From NCBI GenBank assembly GCA_964517985.1, contig CAZFCV010000001.1:1-24977 (forward strand): a stretch of DNA of 24,977 nt, read 5' to 3'. Each line of letters starts with the position of its first letter. The first letter of the stretch is position 1. The notes beneath the pieces were generated by a model. That model saw only the letters and a list, made by a program, of their open reading frames with translations. It made no database searches and was not told the origin of the DNA. This DNA is from an uncultured Dehalococcoidales bacterium. Lineage in GTDB: Bacteria; Chloroflexota; Dehalococcoidia; Dehalococcoidales; W111. Positions 7,771-17,142 of this stretch are shown piece after piece. The translations under genes were made by a program, and so were the position numbers.

Positions 7771-8550
7771 ATGACCGAAGATAGCCTATCGCCGGCGGCC
7801 ATTACCCGTAATCTGGAGACCCGTTTTGTCGGGCAGAGGGTTATTTACCTTCCCCGGGTGGGGTCGACAATGGAGATGGCACGGCGGGAGGCGCAGCAGG
7901 GGGCTGCTGAGGGGACGGCGGTTATTGCCGGGGAGCAGACCGGGGGAAGGGGACGGGCGGGGCGGCGCTGGCTGTCACCCAGGGGCACTATTTCCCTGTC
8001 CATTGTTCTCTATCCCGCTCTGGCTTACCTGCCTTCTCTCATCATGCTTGCCTCCCTGGCGGTGGTCTACAGTATCGGGGCGGTCACCGGCTTGGGAGCC
8101 GGTATCAAGTGGCCCAATGATGTCCTGGTGGGTGGGCGGAAGGTCTGCGGGGTGCTCATTGAGAGCGGGGTGAGGCGGGGCAGGGTGGACTACGCTATCA
8201 TCGGTATCGGCATGAACGTTAACCTTGAGCTCTCCCGTTTCCCGGAGATTGCCCCGACGGCGACCAGCCTTTCCGGCGAGCTGGGGAGGGCGGTATCACG
8301 CCGGAAACTACTGCGCAGTCTGTTGGTTGAGGCGGAGGGGTTGTATCTAGCCCTTCAGGCAGGCGGCTCTATCTACGAGGCATGGCGGGACAGCTTGGTG
8401 ATGCTGGGCAAGCCGGTCCAGGTAACGGAGGAGAATACGGTACACGAAGGCATAGCGGAGTCGGTGGGCAGGGATGGCAGCCTGTTCCTGCGCCAGCGGG
8501 ATGGCGGGCTGCTCAGGGTTGTTGCCGGGGATGTCTCCCTGCGCTACTAG
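7771..8550 (+). CDS. birA: Biotin--[acetyl-CoA-carboxylase] ligase without N-terminal HTH (group I)
   Basis: Q..GRGRAGRRW, IKWPNDV, RKVCGVLIE, GIGMNVN motifs. Confidence 0.95.
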   Translation: MTEDSLSPAAITRNLETRFVGQRVIYLPRVGSTMEMARREAQQGAAEGTAVIAGEQTGGRGRAGRRWLSPRGTISLSIVLYPALAYLPSLIMLASLAVVYSIGAVTGLGAGIKWPNDVLVGGRKVCGVLIESGVRRGRVDYAIIGIGMNVNLELSRFPEIAPTATSLSGELGRAVSRRKLLRSLLVEAEGLYLALQAGGSIYEAWRDSLVMLGKPVQVTEENTVHEGIAESVGRDGSLFLRQRDGGLLRVVAGDVSLRY

Positions 8551-8563
8551 CCGGGGGAGTGGC

Positions 8564-8602
8564 GCCCGGAGCCGGCTTTAAACTGGCTCCGGGCTTATTT
8601 TT
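8564..8602 (+). terminator. Intrinsic terminator between convergent birA and the SPFH gene
   Basis: 12-bp stem GCCCGGAGCCGG (8564-8575) / CTGGCTCCGGGC (8583-8594) with one G-U pair, followed by TTATTTTT. Confidence 0.85.
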
Positions 8603-8614
8603 ATCTCCGGCAGG

Positions 8615-9391
8615 CTACTTCTTCTTGTCCTGCTCCAGTGCTGGCCTATCTTTCTTCATGAACATGGAGATAAGGTCCAGGGGCAGGGGGAAGATGAGGG
8701 TGCTGTTCTTCTCCGAGGCTATCTCGGTCAGTGTTTGCAGGTAGCGCAGCTGCAGCGTCACCGGCTCCCGGGCTATGACACTGCCGGCTTTCGCCAGCTT
8801 CTCCGAAGCCTGGAACTCGCCGTCGGCGTGGATGATTTTGGCACGCCTCTCCCGTTCCGCCTCAGCCTGAGCCGCCATGGAGCGCCGCATTGTTTCCGGA
8901 AGCTCAACCTCTTTAATCTCTACCGTGCTGACCTTGACCCCCCACGGGTCGGTATGCTCGTCAATTATCTTTTGCAGCATCTGGTTGAGCTTTTCCCTCT
9001 GTGCCAGCAGCTCGTCAAGCTCGGATTGCCCCAGCACATTTCTCAGCGTCGTCTGGGATATCTGCGAGGTGCCCCGGATATGGTCCAGGATCTTGACCAC
9101 CGAGGCTTCGGGGTCAACCACCCGGAAGTAGACCACGGCGTTCACCCTGACGGTAACGTTATCCTTGGTGATGACCTCCTGCGATGGGACGTCAAGGGTC
9201 ACTACGCGCAGGTCTACCTTCACCATCCGGTCCACGAAGGGGATGATGAGGAATAAGCCCGGTCCCTTGGCGCCAACCAGCCGCCCCAGGCGGAAGATTA
9301 CCCCCCGCTCATACTCGGTGACAATCTTCACTGTCATCGGGATAAGTATGAGTACTGCCAGAACAATTACACCGATAAGAAAATAGTTCAT
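8615..9391 (-). CDS. SPFH/stomatin (slipin) family membrane protein
   Basis: [64 protein letters not shown]. Confidence 0.95.
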   Translation of the reverse strand: MNYFLIGVIVLAVLILIPMTVKIVTEYERGVIFRLGRLVGAKGPGLFLIIPFVDRMVKVDLRVVTLDVPSQEVITKDNVTVRVNAVVYFRVVDPEASVVKILDHIRGTSQISQTTLRNVLGQSELDELLAQREKLNQMLQKIIDEHTDPWGVKVSTVEIKEVELPETMRRSMAAQAEAERERRAKIIHADGEFQASEKLAKAGSVIAREPVTLQLRYLQTLTEIASEKNSTLIFPLPLDLISMFMKKDRPALEQDKKK

Positions 9392-9407
9392 TATTTTCAG
9401 CCTCCTT

Positions 9408-10730
9408 TTATTCTTTCTTGGTTACCCTCAGTTTCAAACCGTCAATCTTGGTAATGAGCACCTCCTCTCCGGGTTCCACCCGGCCTTTCTCTGATACTGC
9501 GTTCCACCGTTCGCCCTTGAAGAAGACCAGTCCCTCCGGGTCAAGGGCTGTTCTGGCTACCGCCGTCTTTCCGGACAGTTCCTCCCTGCCGGTAGACGCC
9601 TGGTGGCGGTGAGCCCGGATTATACGACTGATGACGAAGGCGAACAAGCCGGCAATAATAATGGTCACTATAGCGATTAGCAGTGGATTAACTGGTGCAA
9701 ACACTGGAGAGCCTCCTGGGATTAATATTACAGCGCCGAGGACCAGCGACACTACACCACCGGCGGTGAACAAGCCGAAGGTGGTCGTAAATACCTCGGC
9801 GACAAAGAGACCGAAGGCGAGAACTATGAATAGAACCCCCGCCCAGTTTACCGGCAGCTGCCCCAGTGAGTAGAAAGCCAGTATGCCGCAGATGGCACCA
9901 ACGATACCGGGGAAGATAAGCCCGGGATTCAAGACTTCAACGAGGATGCCGAGCGATGCCAGGCTCAGCAGCATGAAGGCGATGTTGGGGTCGGCAATTG
10001 TGTGCAGAAAGTCCTCCGCCACGCTCATTGTGAAATAGTCGATGCCCGCCTCTCCCGTGTGCAGGGTGACCACGCTGCCATCAAGCAGGGTCACCTCTCT
10101 GCCCTCAAGCTGGGAGAGCAGGTCATCAAGGTTGGCGGCGACCAGGTCAATAACGTTGCTCTCCAGAGCCTCCTGCTCGGTGATGGAGGCAGCTTCCCTC
10201 ACGGCTTCCTCCGCCCACTCGGCATTGCGCCCCCGGGACTCGGCAATGCTTCTGATGTAGGCGGCGGCGTCATTGATAATCTTTTCCTGTAGCTCATCCG
10301 GTGTCTCGCCCTCGCCCAGTTGTATCGGGGTGGCGGCGCCGATAGCGGTGTTCGGTGCCATGGCGGCGACATGAGCCGATATGGTGATAAAGAGCCCGGC
10401 GGAAGCCGCCCGACCCCCGGAGGGGGAGACATAGACTACCACCGGTACCCGGGCATTCAGGATATCCTGCACAATATCGCGCATGGCGGTGTCCAGACCG
10501 CCGGGGGTGTCCATCTGGATTATGCAGACCCGGGCGTCACTATCCTCGGCATGCTCAATGCCGCGCTCAATATAGTCGGCGACGACGGGGTTGATGGTGC
10601 CTTTCACCTCAAGGACGACAATATCGGATGTGGCTGCCTGGGCACTAATGGCGGTAAGGGTAACCACCAGCAAACCGGCTAGGAATAGAATACGTATTAC
10701 TCTGATTACTCTGAGCATAACCATCCTCAC
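9408..10730 (-). CDS. nfeD: NfeD-family membrane-bound ClpP-class protease (start may be 10721 or 10718)
   Basis: MDTPGGL, AASAG catalytic Ser, EKIIND Lys, TM bundle and C-terminal OB-fold (G.VF..GERWNA); canonical pairing with SPFH. Confidence 0.92.
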   Translation of the reverse strand: MRMVMLRVIRVIRILFLAGLLVVTLTAISAQAATSDIVVLEVKGTINPVVADYIERGIEHAEDSDARVCIIQMDTPGGLDTAMRDIVQDILNARVPVVVYVSPSGGRAASAGLFITISAHVAAMAPNTAIGAATPIQLGEGETPDELQEKIINDAAAYIRSIAESRGRNAEWAEEAVREAASITEQEALESNVIDLVAANLDDLLSQLEGREVTLLDGSVVTLHTGEAGIDYFTMSVAEDFLHTIADPNIAFMLLSLASLGILVEVLNPGLIFPGIVGAICGILAFYSLGQLPVNWAGVLFIVLAFGLFVAEVFTTTFGLFTAGGVVSLVLGAVILIPGGSPVFAPVNPLLIAIVTIIIAGLFAFVISRIIRAHRHQASTGREELSGKTAVARTALDPEGLVFFKGERWNAVSEKGRVEPGEEVLITKIDGLKLRVTKKE

Positions 10731-10750
10731 CTAAGGTGATGTAAAGGATA

Positions 10751-10780
10751 ATTATATTCTGTGTTGGGGTTGGGAAGCAA
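10751..10780 (-). promoter_or_regulatory. Promoter for nfeD-SPFH
   Basis: Minus strand TTGCTT (10780-10775), 18 nt, TATAAT (10756-10751). Confidence 0.5.
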
Positions 10781-10813
10781 GTCCCGGGGAAAAAAGGGGC
10801 GCTGGTGGCGAGG

Positions 10814-10842
10814 TTGAAGAGCTACGTGGTTTGGTGTACAAT
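10814..10842 (+). promoter_or_regulatory. Promoter for the his operon
   Basis: TTGAAG (10814-10819), 17 nt, TACAAT (10837-10842). It overlaps the ORF-track start at 10831, so the true hisZ start is probably ATG 10870. Confidence 0.65.
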
Positions 10843-10869
10843 TTACCAGCTACTGTGGAGAGGGTGACA

Positions 10870-12129
10870 ATGAAAATGCAGAGGTGCAAGGGCAGCCGGG
10901 ACCTTTCCCCTGAGGAGATGAGGCGGTTCCGCCTCATTGAGGGGGTGTTCCGGGATTGCTGTCTCGGGGCAGGCTACGGGGAGGTTAGAACGCCGACGGT
11001 GGAATACCTGCACCTCTTTACGGCGACGGGGACACTTACCCCGAGCACGCTGCGCCGGGTATATTCCTTTCTGGACTGGGATGGCTGGAGCGGGGAGAGG
11101 GTTGTCCTGAGACCCGATGGCACCATTCCCATCGCCAGGCTCTATGTTGAGAACACGGCGATGGAGCTGGCAAAGCTGTTCTACGTTGCCAATGTCTTTA
11201 TCTTTGAGGAGACGGGGGCGAAGACAAGGGAGCGGTGGCAGGGTGGGGTTGAGCTTATCGGTGCCGGCTCGGCTCTGGCTGACGTGGAGCTGATAACGCT
11301 AGCTTGGGATGTCCTGAGCCGGTTGCCGCTTGGGGGGGTGGAGCTGAGGCTATCGCACGTTGGCTTGATACGGGCGCTGCTTGTTGAGCTCGGGCTGAGC
11401 CGCAGCGAGCAGATAAAGGTATTTGACCAGATTATGGACGGTGATGCTGGGGCGCTGGCGAGGCTAAAACCAAAGCACTCGGAGCTGGGCAGGGCGCTTT
11501 CCCCCTTGCTGGAGCTCAAGGGCAATTCTTCCGGGTTTCTGCACAACTTCAAGACGCTGTGCCACCGGGAGCTGCCCCGCCTTGAGCCTCACATTGACGA
11601 CTTTCTCGCCGTCGTTAGCCTGCTTGATGCCCTTGGCTATGACTACCAGATTGACATTGCCTCCGGAGCGGGGTTTGAGTACTATACCGGGGCGACCTTT
11701 CAGTTCTTCCTGGGTGGGGAGAAGATAGGGGGTGGGGGGAGATATGATGCCCTTATCCCCCTGATGGGGGGGCGCAGTGTTCCCGCCTCCGGGTTTGCCC
11801 TTTACCTTGACCGGCTGATGAGCCGGCTGTCGCGACAGAGCCGGGCAGAGCCCCCATCGCGCCGCATCCTGGTTATCGCTGACCCCGGTGACGAGCGGGC
11901 ATTACAGCAGGGCTTTGCCGTTGCCCGCTGCCTCCGTGAAGCCGGATGGGTGGCGGAGCTTGGTCTGGTTGCCCGGCAGCAGGCTGATTTCCGCTGGACT
12001 GTGGAGGCTAAGCCACCCCACTTTGTCCTGACCGACCGGGTCGGGCAGAGAAGATTTGAGGTGCCGGCGGCGGACGAGGTCCGGGCGCTGCTGGAAAAGG
12101 AAGGTGCCGATGAAGCTGGCGCTGCCTAA
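10870..12129 (+). CDS. hisZ: ATP phosphoribosyltransferase regulatory subunit (HisRS paralog)
   Basis: KGSRDL, VRTPTVEY, VVLRPDGTIPIAR, Q.GVELIG, FEYYTG..F, GGGGRYD. Motif 2 is degenerate relative to HisRS; located directly upstream of hisG; RBS GGAGAGG before ATG 10870. Confidence 0.85.
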   Translation: MKMQRCKGSRDLSPEEMRRFRLIEGVFRDCCLGAGYGEVRTPTVEYLHLFTATGTLTPSTLRRVYSFLDWDGWSGERVVLRPDGTIPIARLYVENTAMELAKLFYVANVFIFEETGAKTRERWQGGVELIGAGSALADVELITLAWDVLSRLPLGGVELRLSHVGLIRALLVELGLSRSEQIKVFDQIMDGDAGALARLKPKHSELGRALSPLLELKGNSSGFLHNFKTLCHRELPRLEPHIDDFLAVVSLLDALGYDYQIDIASGAGFEYYTGATFQFFLGGEKIGGGGRYDALIPLMGGRSVPASGFALYLDRLMSRLSRQSRAEPPSRRILVIADPGDERALQQGFAVARCLREAGWVAELGLVARQQADFRWTVEAKPPHFVLTDRVGQRRFEVPAADEVRALLEKEGADEAGAA

Positions 12130-13522
12130 GGGGCGCCTTTTGCCGGAGATAGCTGCCCTGCTCCACAGTGCCGGTTGGGGGCTGGGTGGCTATCATGAGG
12201 GGGGGCGCTCTTACCGCCTGAAGCCGGCAAAGTTTCCCGACCTGCTCGTAAAGGTATTCCATGAGAAGGACATCCCGATTCAGGTGGCGGTGGGCAACTA
12301 CGACCTGGGAATCTGTGGCCGGGACTGGATTGAGGAGCTTCTGGCAAAATACCCGAGCAGTGCCCTGGTGAAGGTAAAAGACCTGGGGCAGGGCAGGGGC
12401 ATATTGTTTGTCGCCGCCAGCCGCCGTGCCGGGGTGCCCTCGGTTGCCCGGATGCAGGCGAGAAAGGATACCATTCGTATCGCCAGTGAGTACCCCAATC
12501 TGGCGGAGTCCTTTGCCGTTCAGCTGCGGCTGCGGCGGTTCAGCGTCTTCCCGGTGTGGGGAGCCGCCGAGGTCTACCCGCCGGAGAGCGCCGACCTGGT
12601 ACTGATTTCGGTGCCGGGCGAAGAGGAGCTTGCCGCTTGCGAGCTGGTGCCGGTGAGTGAGGTCTTTGCCTCCAGCGCTTTTCTGATCGCCAACCGGGAT
12701 AGCTGGGAGTCCAGGGACATGCGCCCGGTACTGGCTTCAATCTATGGCAGCCTGCCGGCTGATGATAGCCCGGTTTTTGCCCGCAGCGCCATAAAGGCAG
12801 CGCCCGCCACCGGCAGGCAGCGGACAGAGCCGGCGACGGATGACACGGTCTGGCTGGCTCTGCCCGATGGTCACCAGCAGGAGCCTGCCCTTGACCTGCT
12901 GACCCGGGCGGGCATTGAGATTAGTGATTATCCCTCGCCGTCGGGTAACCGCCGTCCGGCGATTGGACTTCCCGGGGTCAGGGTCAAGGCAATAAGGCCC
13001 CAGGACATGCCGCAGCAGGTTGCCAGCGGTAACTTTGACCTGGCTATTACCGGCCGGGACTGGCTCCGGGAGCACCTTTACCAGTTCCCTTCCAGCCCGG
13101 TGACCGAGCTTTTGTCCCTCAAGTTTGGCAGGGTAAGGATAGTGGCGGTGGTCAGCAACGAGCTGGCGGTGGCGGATATTGATAGCCTGCGGCAGCTTAG
13201 CCGGGAAAGGGCGGTGCCGCTCCGGGTGACCTCGGAGTATGTCAATATTGCCGATAAGTATGCCCGGGATAATCACCTCGGCTGGTACCGGGTGGTGCCG
13301 AGCTGGGGGGCGAGCGAGGGTTTTTTGCCGGAGGACGCCGATGTGCTTATTGAGAACACCCAGACGGGGCGGACACTATCCCGGAACAACCTGAAGATTA
13401 TTGATAACCTTTTTACCTCAACAGCCTGCCTTATCGGCACCACCGGGGCGGTATCCCGCCCGGGCAAAGAGGAACGCATAAGAAAAATCGTTGCCACCCT
13501 ACAGGCGGCAGTGGAGGACTAA
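12110..13522 (+). CDS. hisG: ATP phosphoribosyltransferase made of two tandem short-form HisG domains (470 aa)
   Basis: ATG 12110 (MKLALPKGRL) after AAGGAAGG. Second domain starts at ~12845 (VWLALPDG...DLAITGRD...ENTQTGRTLSRNNL). Confidence 0.9.
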   Translation: MKLALPKGRLLPEIAALLHSAGWGLGGYHEGGRSYRLKPAKFPDLLVKVFHEKDIPIQVAVGNYDLGICGRDWIEELLAKYPSSALVKVKDLGQGRGILFVAASRRAGVPSVARMQARKDTIRIASEYPNLAESFAVQLRLRRFSVFPVWGAAEVYPPESADLVLISVPGEEELAACELVPVSEVFASSAFLIANRDSWESRDMRPVLASIYGSLPADDSPVFARSAIKAAPATGRQRTEPATDDTVWLALPDGHQQEPALDLLTRAGIEISDYPSPSGNRRPAIGLPGVRVKAIRPQDMPQQVASGNFDLAITGRDWLREHLYQFPSSPVTELLSLKFGRVRIVAVVSNELAVADIDSLRQLSRERAVPLRVTSEYVNIADKYARDNHLGWYRVVPSWGASEGFLPEDADVLIENTQTGRTLSRNNLKIIDNLFTSTACLIGTTGAVSRPGKEERIRKIVATLQAAVED

Positions 13523-13523
13523 A

Positions 13524-14846
13524 TTGATAGTTATTGAGGGTTTTCAACCAGCAAAACTGGCGCTGACCCGGTCTCCCCTTGCCGAATCGTATCCGGTATC
13601 TCCCGTATTGCGGGAGAGGCTAAGGGAACTGTTCGGGGTGGAGATTAGCCCGGAGGAGGCGGTGAGGCAGATTGTTGCCGAGGTGCGGGACAGGGGGGAT
13701 GCCGCAATCTGTGATTACACGCTGCGGATTGACGGGGTAGAACTCACCTCGCTGGAGTTAAGCCGGGAGCAGGTAACCAGTGCTTACTATGAGGTGGGTG
13801 AGGAACTGGTATCCGCCCTTAAATTGGCAGCGGGGCGAATCCGCTCCTTTCACGAGGCGCAGAGAAGCGAAATCTGGGGGCAGGCGGCGGGGGAACCGCG
13901 CTGGCTAGTACGGCCGCTGGAGCGTGTCGGTGTTTACGCTCCCGGCGGCACCGCCAGTTACCCGTCAACGGTGCTCATGACGGCTATCCCGGCCAGGGTT
14001 GCCGGGGTTGAGGAGGTTGTTATGGTTACGCCGCCGGGACCGGAGGGGGTCGTCCCCCCGCCGACGCTGGTGGCGGCAGACATCGCCGGGGTTGACCGCA
14101 TCTTTTCCGTTGGTGGCGCCCAGGCAATCGCCGCCCTCGCCTTTGGCACGGAGTCCATTCCCCGGGTGGACAAGATTTGCGGGCCGGGTAATATCTTTGT
14201 CGTCCTGGCAAAGAAGATGGTCTACGGGGCGGTGGCGATTGACGGGCTTCAGGGGCCGAGCGAGGTGGTGGTTATCGCTGACGAGACCGCTGACCCCGGC
14301 TATTGCGCGGCTGACCTTCTGGCTCAGGCGGAGCATGACCCGCTAGCCTCGGCTATCCTGATAACCACCTCCGGACAGCTGGCACTGGCGGTTAACCGTG
14401 AAGTGGAGCAGCAGGTGAGGGATTTGCCCCGTCAGGCGCTGATTACCGAGTCCCTGGAGAACAGGGGGATGATTGTGGTGGTGGCGACAATAGACGAGGC
14501 GATAGAGCTGGCTAACCGGTATGCCCCGGAGCACCTTTGCCTGATGGTGGACAGGGCGGCTTCGTACGTTAGCCGGATAACTAACGCCGGGGCGATAGTT
14601 GTTGGCCGGCAGGCGACGGTGGTCCTGGGCGATTACGTGGCGGGACCAAGCCACGTTCTGCCCACCGGTGGCACCGCCCGGTTCAGCTCGCCGCTCAACG
14701 TGGCTGATTTTATCAAGCTGATAAACGTGGTTAATATAGACGAGGCTACTTCCGGGAAGCTGGGTCAGGCGGCGTCAGTTATTGCCCGGGCGGAGGGGTT
14801 GACGGCTCATGCTCGGGCAATAGAGCGGCGACTCAAGGGCGGTTGA
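13524..14846 (+). CDS. hisD: Histidinol dehydrogenase
   Basis: VYAPGG.ASYPSTVLM, GGAQAIAALA.GT, KICGPGN.FV, GPSEV, QAEHD, APEHL, DY.AGPSHVLPT; TTG start at 13524 with RBS GGAGGA. Confidence 0.97.
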   Translation: MIVIEGFQPAKLALTRSPLAESYPVSPVLRERLRELFGVEISPEEAVRQIVAEVRDRGDAAICDYTLRIDGVELTSLELSREQVTSAYYEVGEELVSALKLAAGRIRSFHEAQRSEIWGQAAGEPRWLVRPLERVGVYAPGGTASYPSTVLMTAIPARVAGVEEVVMVTPPGPEGVVPPPTLVAADIAGVDRIFSVGGAQAIAALAFGTESIPRVDKICGPGNIFVVLAKKMVYGAVAIDGLQGPSEVVVIADETADPGYCAADLLAQAEHDPLASAILITTSGQLALAVNREVEQQVRDLPRQALITESLENRGMIVVVATIDEAIELANRYAPEHLCLMVDRAASYVSRITNAGAIVVGRQATVVLGDYVAGPSHVLPTGGTARFSSPLNVADFIKLINVVNIDEATSGKLGQAASVIARAEGLTAHARAIERRLKGG

Positions 14847-14872
14847 CAATCATTTACCCCTTATGTTAAACT
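14843..14872 (+). promoter_or_regulatory. Internal promoter overlapping the hisD stop codon, driving leader-hisC-hisB
   Basis: TTGACA (14843-14848), 18 nt, TAAACT (14867-14872) with extended -10 TG at 14864-14865. Confidence 0.65.
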
Positions 14873-14899
14873 TGACAGCGAGTTGGGGGTTGTAAAGGC

Positions 14900-14983
14900 A
14901 TGTTTGGCTATCCTGCTTCCCACTTTCATTATAACTTCGCGTTTACCGGGCGCACCAGGTGCGCTTGGGGGGTATTCGTGTAG
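14900..14983 (+). CDS. Putative attenuator leader peptide MFGYPASHFHYNFAFTGRTRCAWGVFV (27 aa)
   Basis: 8 of the first 15 codons are Phe/Tyr/His; lies between a promoter and a terminator hairpin; its 3' part can pair with the terminator 5' arm. Confidence 0.7.
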   Translation: MFGYPASHFHYNFAFTGRTRCAWGVFV

Positions 14984-15022
14984 CCGGTGAGCTGATTAGG
15001 GCTAGCAGGAATGAAGCGAGAA

Positions 15023-15051
15023 CCCTCCCGGGCGGGAGGGAATTTTGTTTT
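15023..15051 (+). terminator. Attenuator terminator upstream of hisC
   Basis: Stem CCCTCCC (15023-15029) / GGGAGGG (15034-15040), 4-nt loop, then AATTTTGTTTT. Confidence 0.75.
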
Positions 15052-15084
15052 AGCGGGCTAGGGTAAGCCGAAGTTATCGGGAGG

Positions 15085-16206
15085 GTGCAAGGGAAAATGG
15101 CTGAGATTGCTGGAATAGAGGGAATGATAAGACCGGAAGTCTTTGCTGTCGGCGGTTATGTTGCCAGCAAGTCCCCGGACTCCCTGAAGGGGGAGGTGGA
15201 GGTGCCGGTAGGGGATATTATCAAACTGGATGCCAATGAGAACCCCTATGGCTGTTCCCCAAGGGTGGCGCCGGCTCTGGCGGAATTCCCCGGTTTTAAT
15301 ATCTATCCCGACGCCGAGCAGGGGGAGCTAAGGAGCCTGCTCTCCGGGTATGCCGGTATCGGCAGAGAGCATATTGTCGCCAGCAGCGGCAGTGACCAGC
15401 TAATAGACCATGTGCTGCGCCTGTTTGTCGGACCCGGTGATGAGGTGATAAACTGTATTCCTACCTTTGATATCTTCCGTTTCCGCACGCAGATGTGTGG
15501 TGGCACCCTGGTTGAGGTGCCCCGGGACGAGAATTTTGCCGTTGACGTCGCTGCGGTAAAGGCAGCCGTAACCAAGAAGACCAAGATAATACTGCTGGCG
15601 ACGCCCAACAACCCCACCGGGACCTTAATCCCCCGGGAAGATATCCTGGAGCTTGTGGGTACCGGGTTGCCGGTTCTGGTGGATGAAGCCTATGGCGAGT
15701 TCGCCGGGGAAACCGCCACGCAACTGGTGCCGCAGTATGAGAATATGATGGTGCTGCGGACCTTCAGCAAGTGGGCGGGGCTGGCTGGCTTGAGAATGGG
15801 CTACGGTATCTTCCCGCTCACCATAGCCGGCTACCTGATGAGAATCAAGCTTCCCTATAGCGTGAATGTTGCCGCCGTGGTCGCCCTCCGTGAATCGCTA
15901 AACGACCTTGAGTATCTGCAGAAAAACGTGAAGGCGATAGTTGCCGAGAGGGAAAGGCTTTTTGCCGGGCTGGAGAAGATGAAATTCCTGAAGCCCTTCC
16001 CCTCACGAGCCAACTTTATTTTCTGCTCCGTCCTGAGTGGCCGGGCGAGCGAGGTTCAGGAGAGATTGCAGAACAGGGGGCTGCTGGTTCGTTACTTCGA
16101 TATCCCGCTGCTCCAGAATGCCATCCGCATTGGCGTGGGCAAGCCGGAGCACACTGACGCCCTGCTCAAAGCACTCCGGGAGATAGGGGAGGAGATAGAT
16201 GGCTGA
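15085..16206 (+). CDS. hisC: Histidinol-phosphate aminotransferase (alternative start ATG 15097)
   Basis: [34 protein letters not shown] (PLP lysine). Confidence 0.95.
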   Translation: MQGKMAEIAGIEGMIRPEVFAVGGYVASKSPDSLKGEVEVPVGDIIKLDANENPYGCSPRVAPALAEFPGFNIYPDAEQGELRSLLSGYAGIGREHIVASSGSDQLIDHVLRLFVGPGDEVINCIPTFDIFRFRTQMCGGTLVEVPRDENFAVDVAAVKAAVTKKTKIILLATPNNPTGTLIPREDILELVGTGLPVLVDEAYGEFAGETATQLVPQYENMMVLRTFSKWAGLAGLRMGYGIFPLTIAGYLMRIKLPYSVNVAAVVALRESLNDLEYLQKNVKAIVAERERLFAGLEKMKFLKPFPSRANFIFCSVLSGRASEVQERLQNRGLLVRYFDIPLLQNAIRIGVGKPEHTDALLKALREIGEEIDG

Positions 16207-16789
16207 CCGACAGGCTGTCGTTAAACGGGAGACAGGGGAGACCAACATTAGCCTGGAGCTCAATCTTGATGGTCGTGGCGAGTGGGAGATGAACACCGGG
16301 AACAGGACGTTTGACCATCTGCTGTCCCAGCTTGCCCGCCACGGTCTATTTGACATAAAAGTATCGGCTACCGGTGATGACCAGCATCACCTGGTTGAGG
16401 ATGTCGCCATTTGCCTGGGCAGAGCCTTCAGTGAAGCCCTGGGCGAGAGGCGGGGTATCGTTCGCATGGCGGATGCTACTGTACCCATGGATGATGCCCT
16501 GGCGGTGGTGGCGGTGGATATCGGGGGGCGGGGGTATACTGTTCTTGACCTGCCCTTTAGTGACAATGATATGGCTGGGTTTCCCACCGACCTTATCCGC
16601 CACTTCCTGGAGTCGTTTGCCATTGAAGCCCGGCTCAATCTCCATGCCCGGGTTGCCTGTGGCACCAACGATCATCACAAGGCGGAAGCCCTGTTCAAGG
16701 CTCTGGGCAGGGTGCTGGGGGTGGCGACCGGTATTGACGGGCGAATTGGCGATGTACCCCCCAGTACCAAGGGTCTGTTGGAGGGCTAG
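16199..16789 (+). CDS. hisB: Imidazoleglycerol-phosphate dehydratase (monofunctional)
   Basis: [39 protein letters not shown]. Confidence 0.97.
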   Translation: MADRQAVVKRETGETNISLELNLDGRGEWEMNTGNRTFDHLLSQLARHGLFDIKVSATGDDQHHLVEDVAICLGRAFSEALGERRGIVRMADATVPMDDALAVVAVDIGGRGYTVLDLPFSDNDMAGFPTDLIRHFLESFAIEARLNLHARVACGTNDHHKAEALFKALGRVLGVATGIDGRIGDVPPSTKGLLEG

Positions 16790-16793
16790 GGCT

Positions 16794-17138
16794 TTGAATT
16801 ACGACCTGCTTACCATCGGTGGTGTTATCGTCCTTCTGCTGCTGGCGTTGTTTTTCATCCCCCAGTGGCGCATGAAGCGGGCAATTCCCCAGGTGATACG
16901 CACCTTCCGGGAACGCAGCGCTACCAGTGCCAGGGATGCCAGGACGATTGATGAGCTGGGGCTCAGGCCGCGCAGCCTGGTGCAGGGGATGTTCCGGGGG
17001 CGTGACTACCGGCAGTACGCCCTTGAAATGCTGCTGAAGGCGGAGATTGTCGTGATGACCGAAGAGAGGAAGCTATACCTTTCCGAGGATAAGCTCTACA
17101 GTTCCGGGCTTGATAAGCGCCTTCTGCCTTCCCGCTAG
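16794..17138 (+). CDS. Hypothetical membrane-anchored protein, 114 aa
   Basis: TTG 16794 after RBS GGAGGG. MNYDLLTIGGVIVLLLLALFFIP TM anchor plus a basic cytoplasmic domain; this is the real 3' part of track ORF 16374..17138. Confidence 0.75.
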   Translation: MNYDLLTIGGVIVLLLLALFFIPQWRMKRAIPQVIRTFRERSATSARDARTIDELGLRPRSLVQGMFRGRDYRQYALEMLLKAEIVVMTEERKLYLSEDKLYSSGLDKRLLPSR

Positions 17139-17142
17139 AGCC

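Noticed and set aside
8615-10730. nfeD-SPFH pair as a novel system
   Set aside because: A well-known conserved gene pair with ordinary features here.
12056-12109. N-terminal extension of HisG in the ORF track (likewise hisD from 13491 and hisZ from 10831)
   Set aside because: Better starts with RBS and conserved N-termini lie at 12110, 13524 and 10870.
14940-15051. T-box riboswitch interpretation of the hisC leader
   Set aside because: No TGGNACC T-box bulge or stem I signature is visible; the leader-peptide model fits better.
16374-16793. 5' part of the 254-aa ORF 16374..17138
   Set aside because: It overlaps hisB out of frame; only the segment from TTG 16794 has an RBS and protein-like composition.
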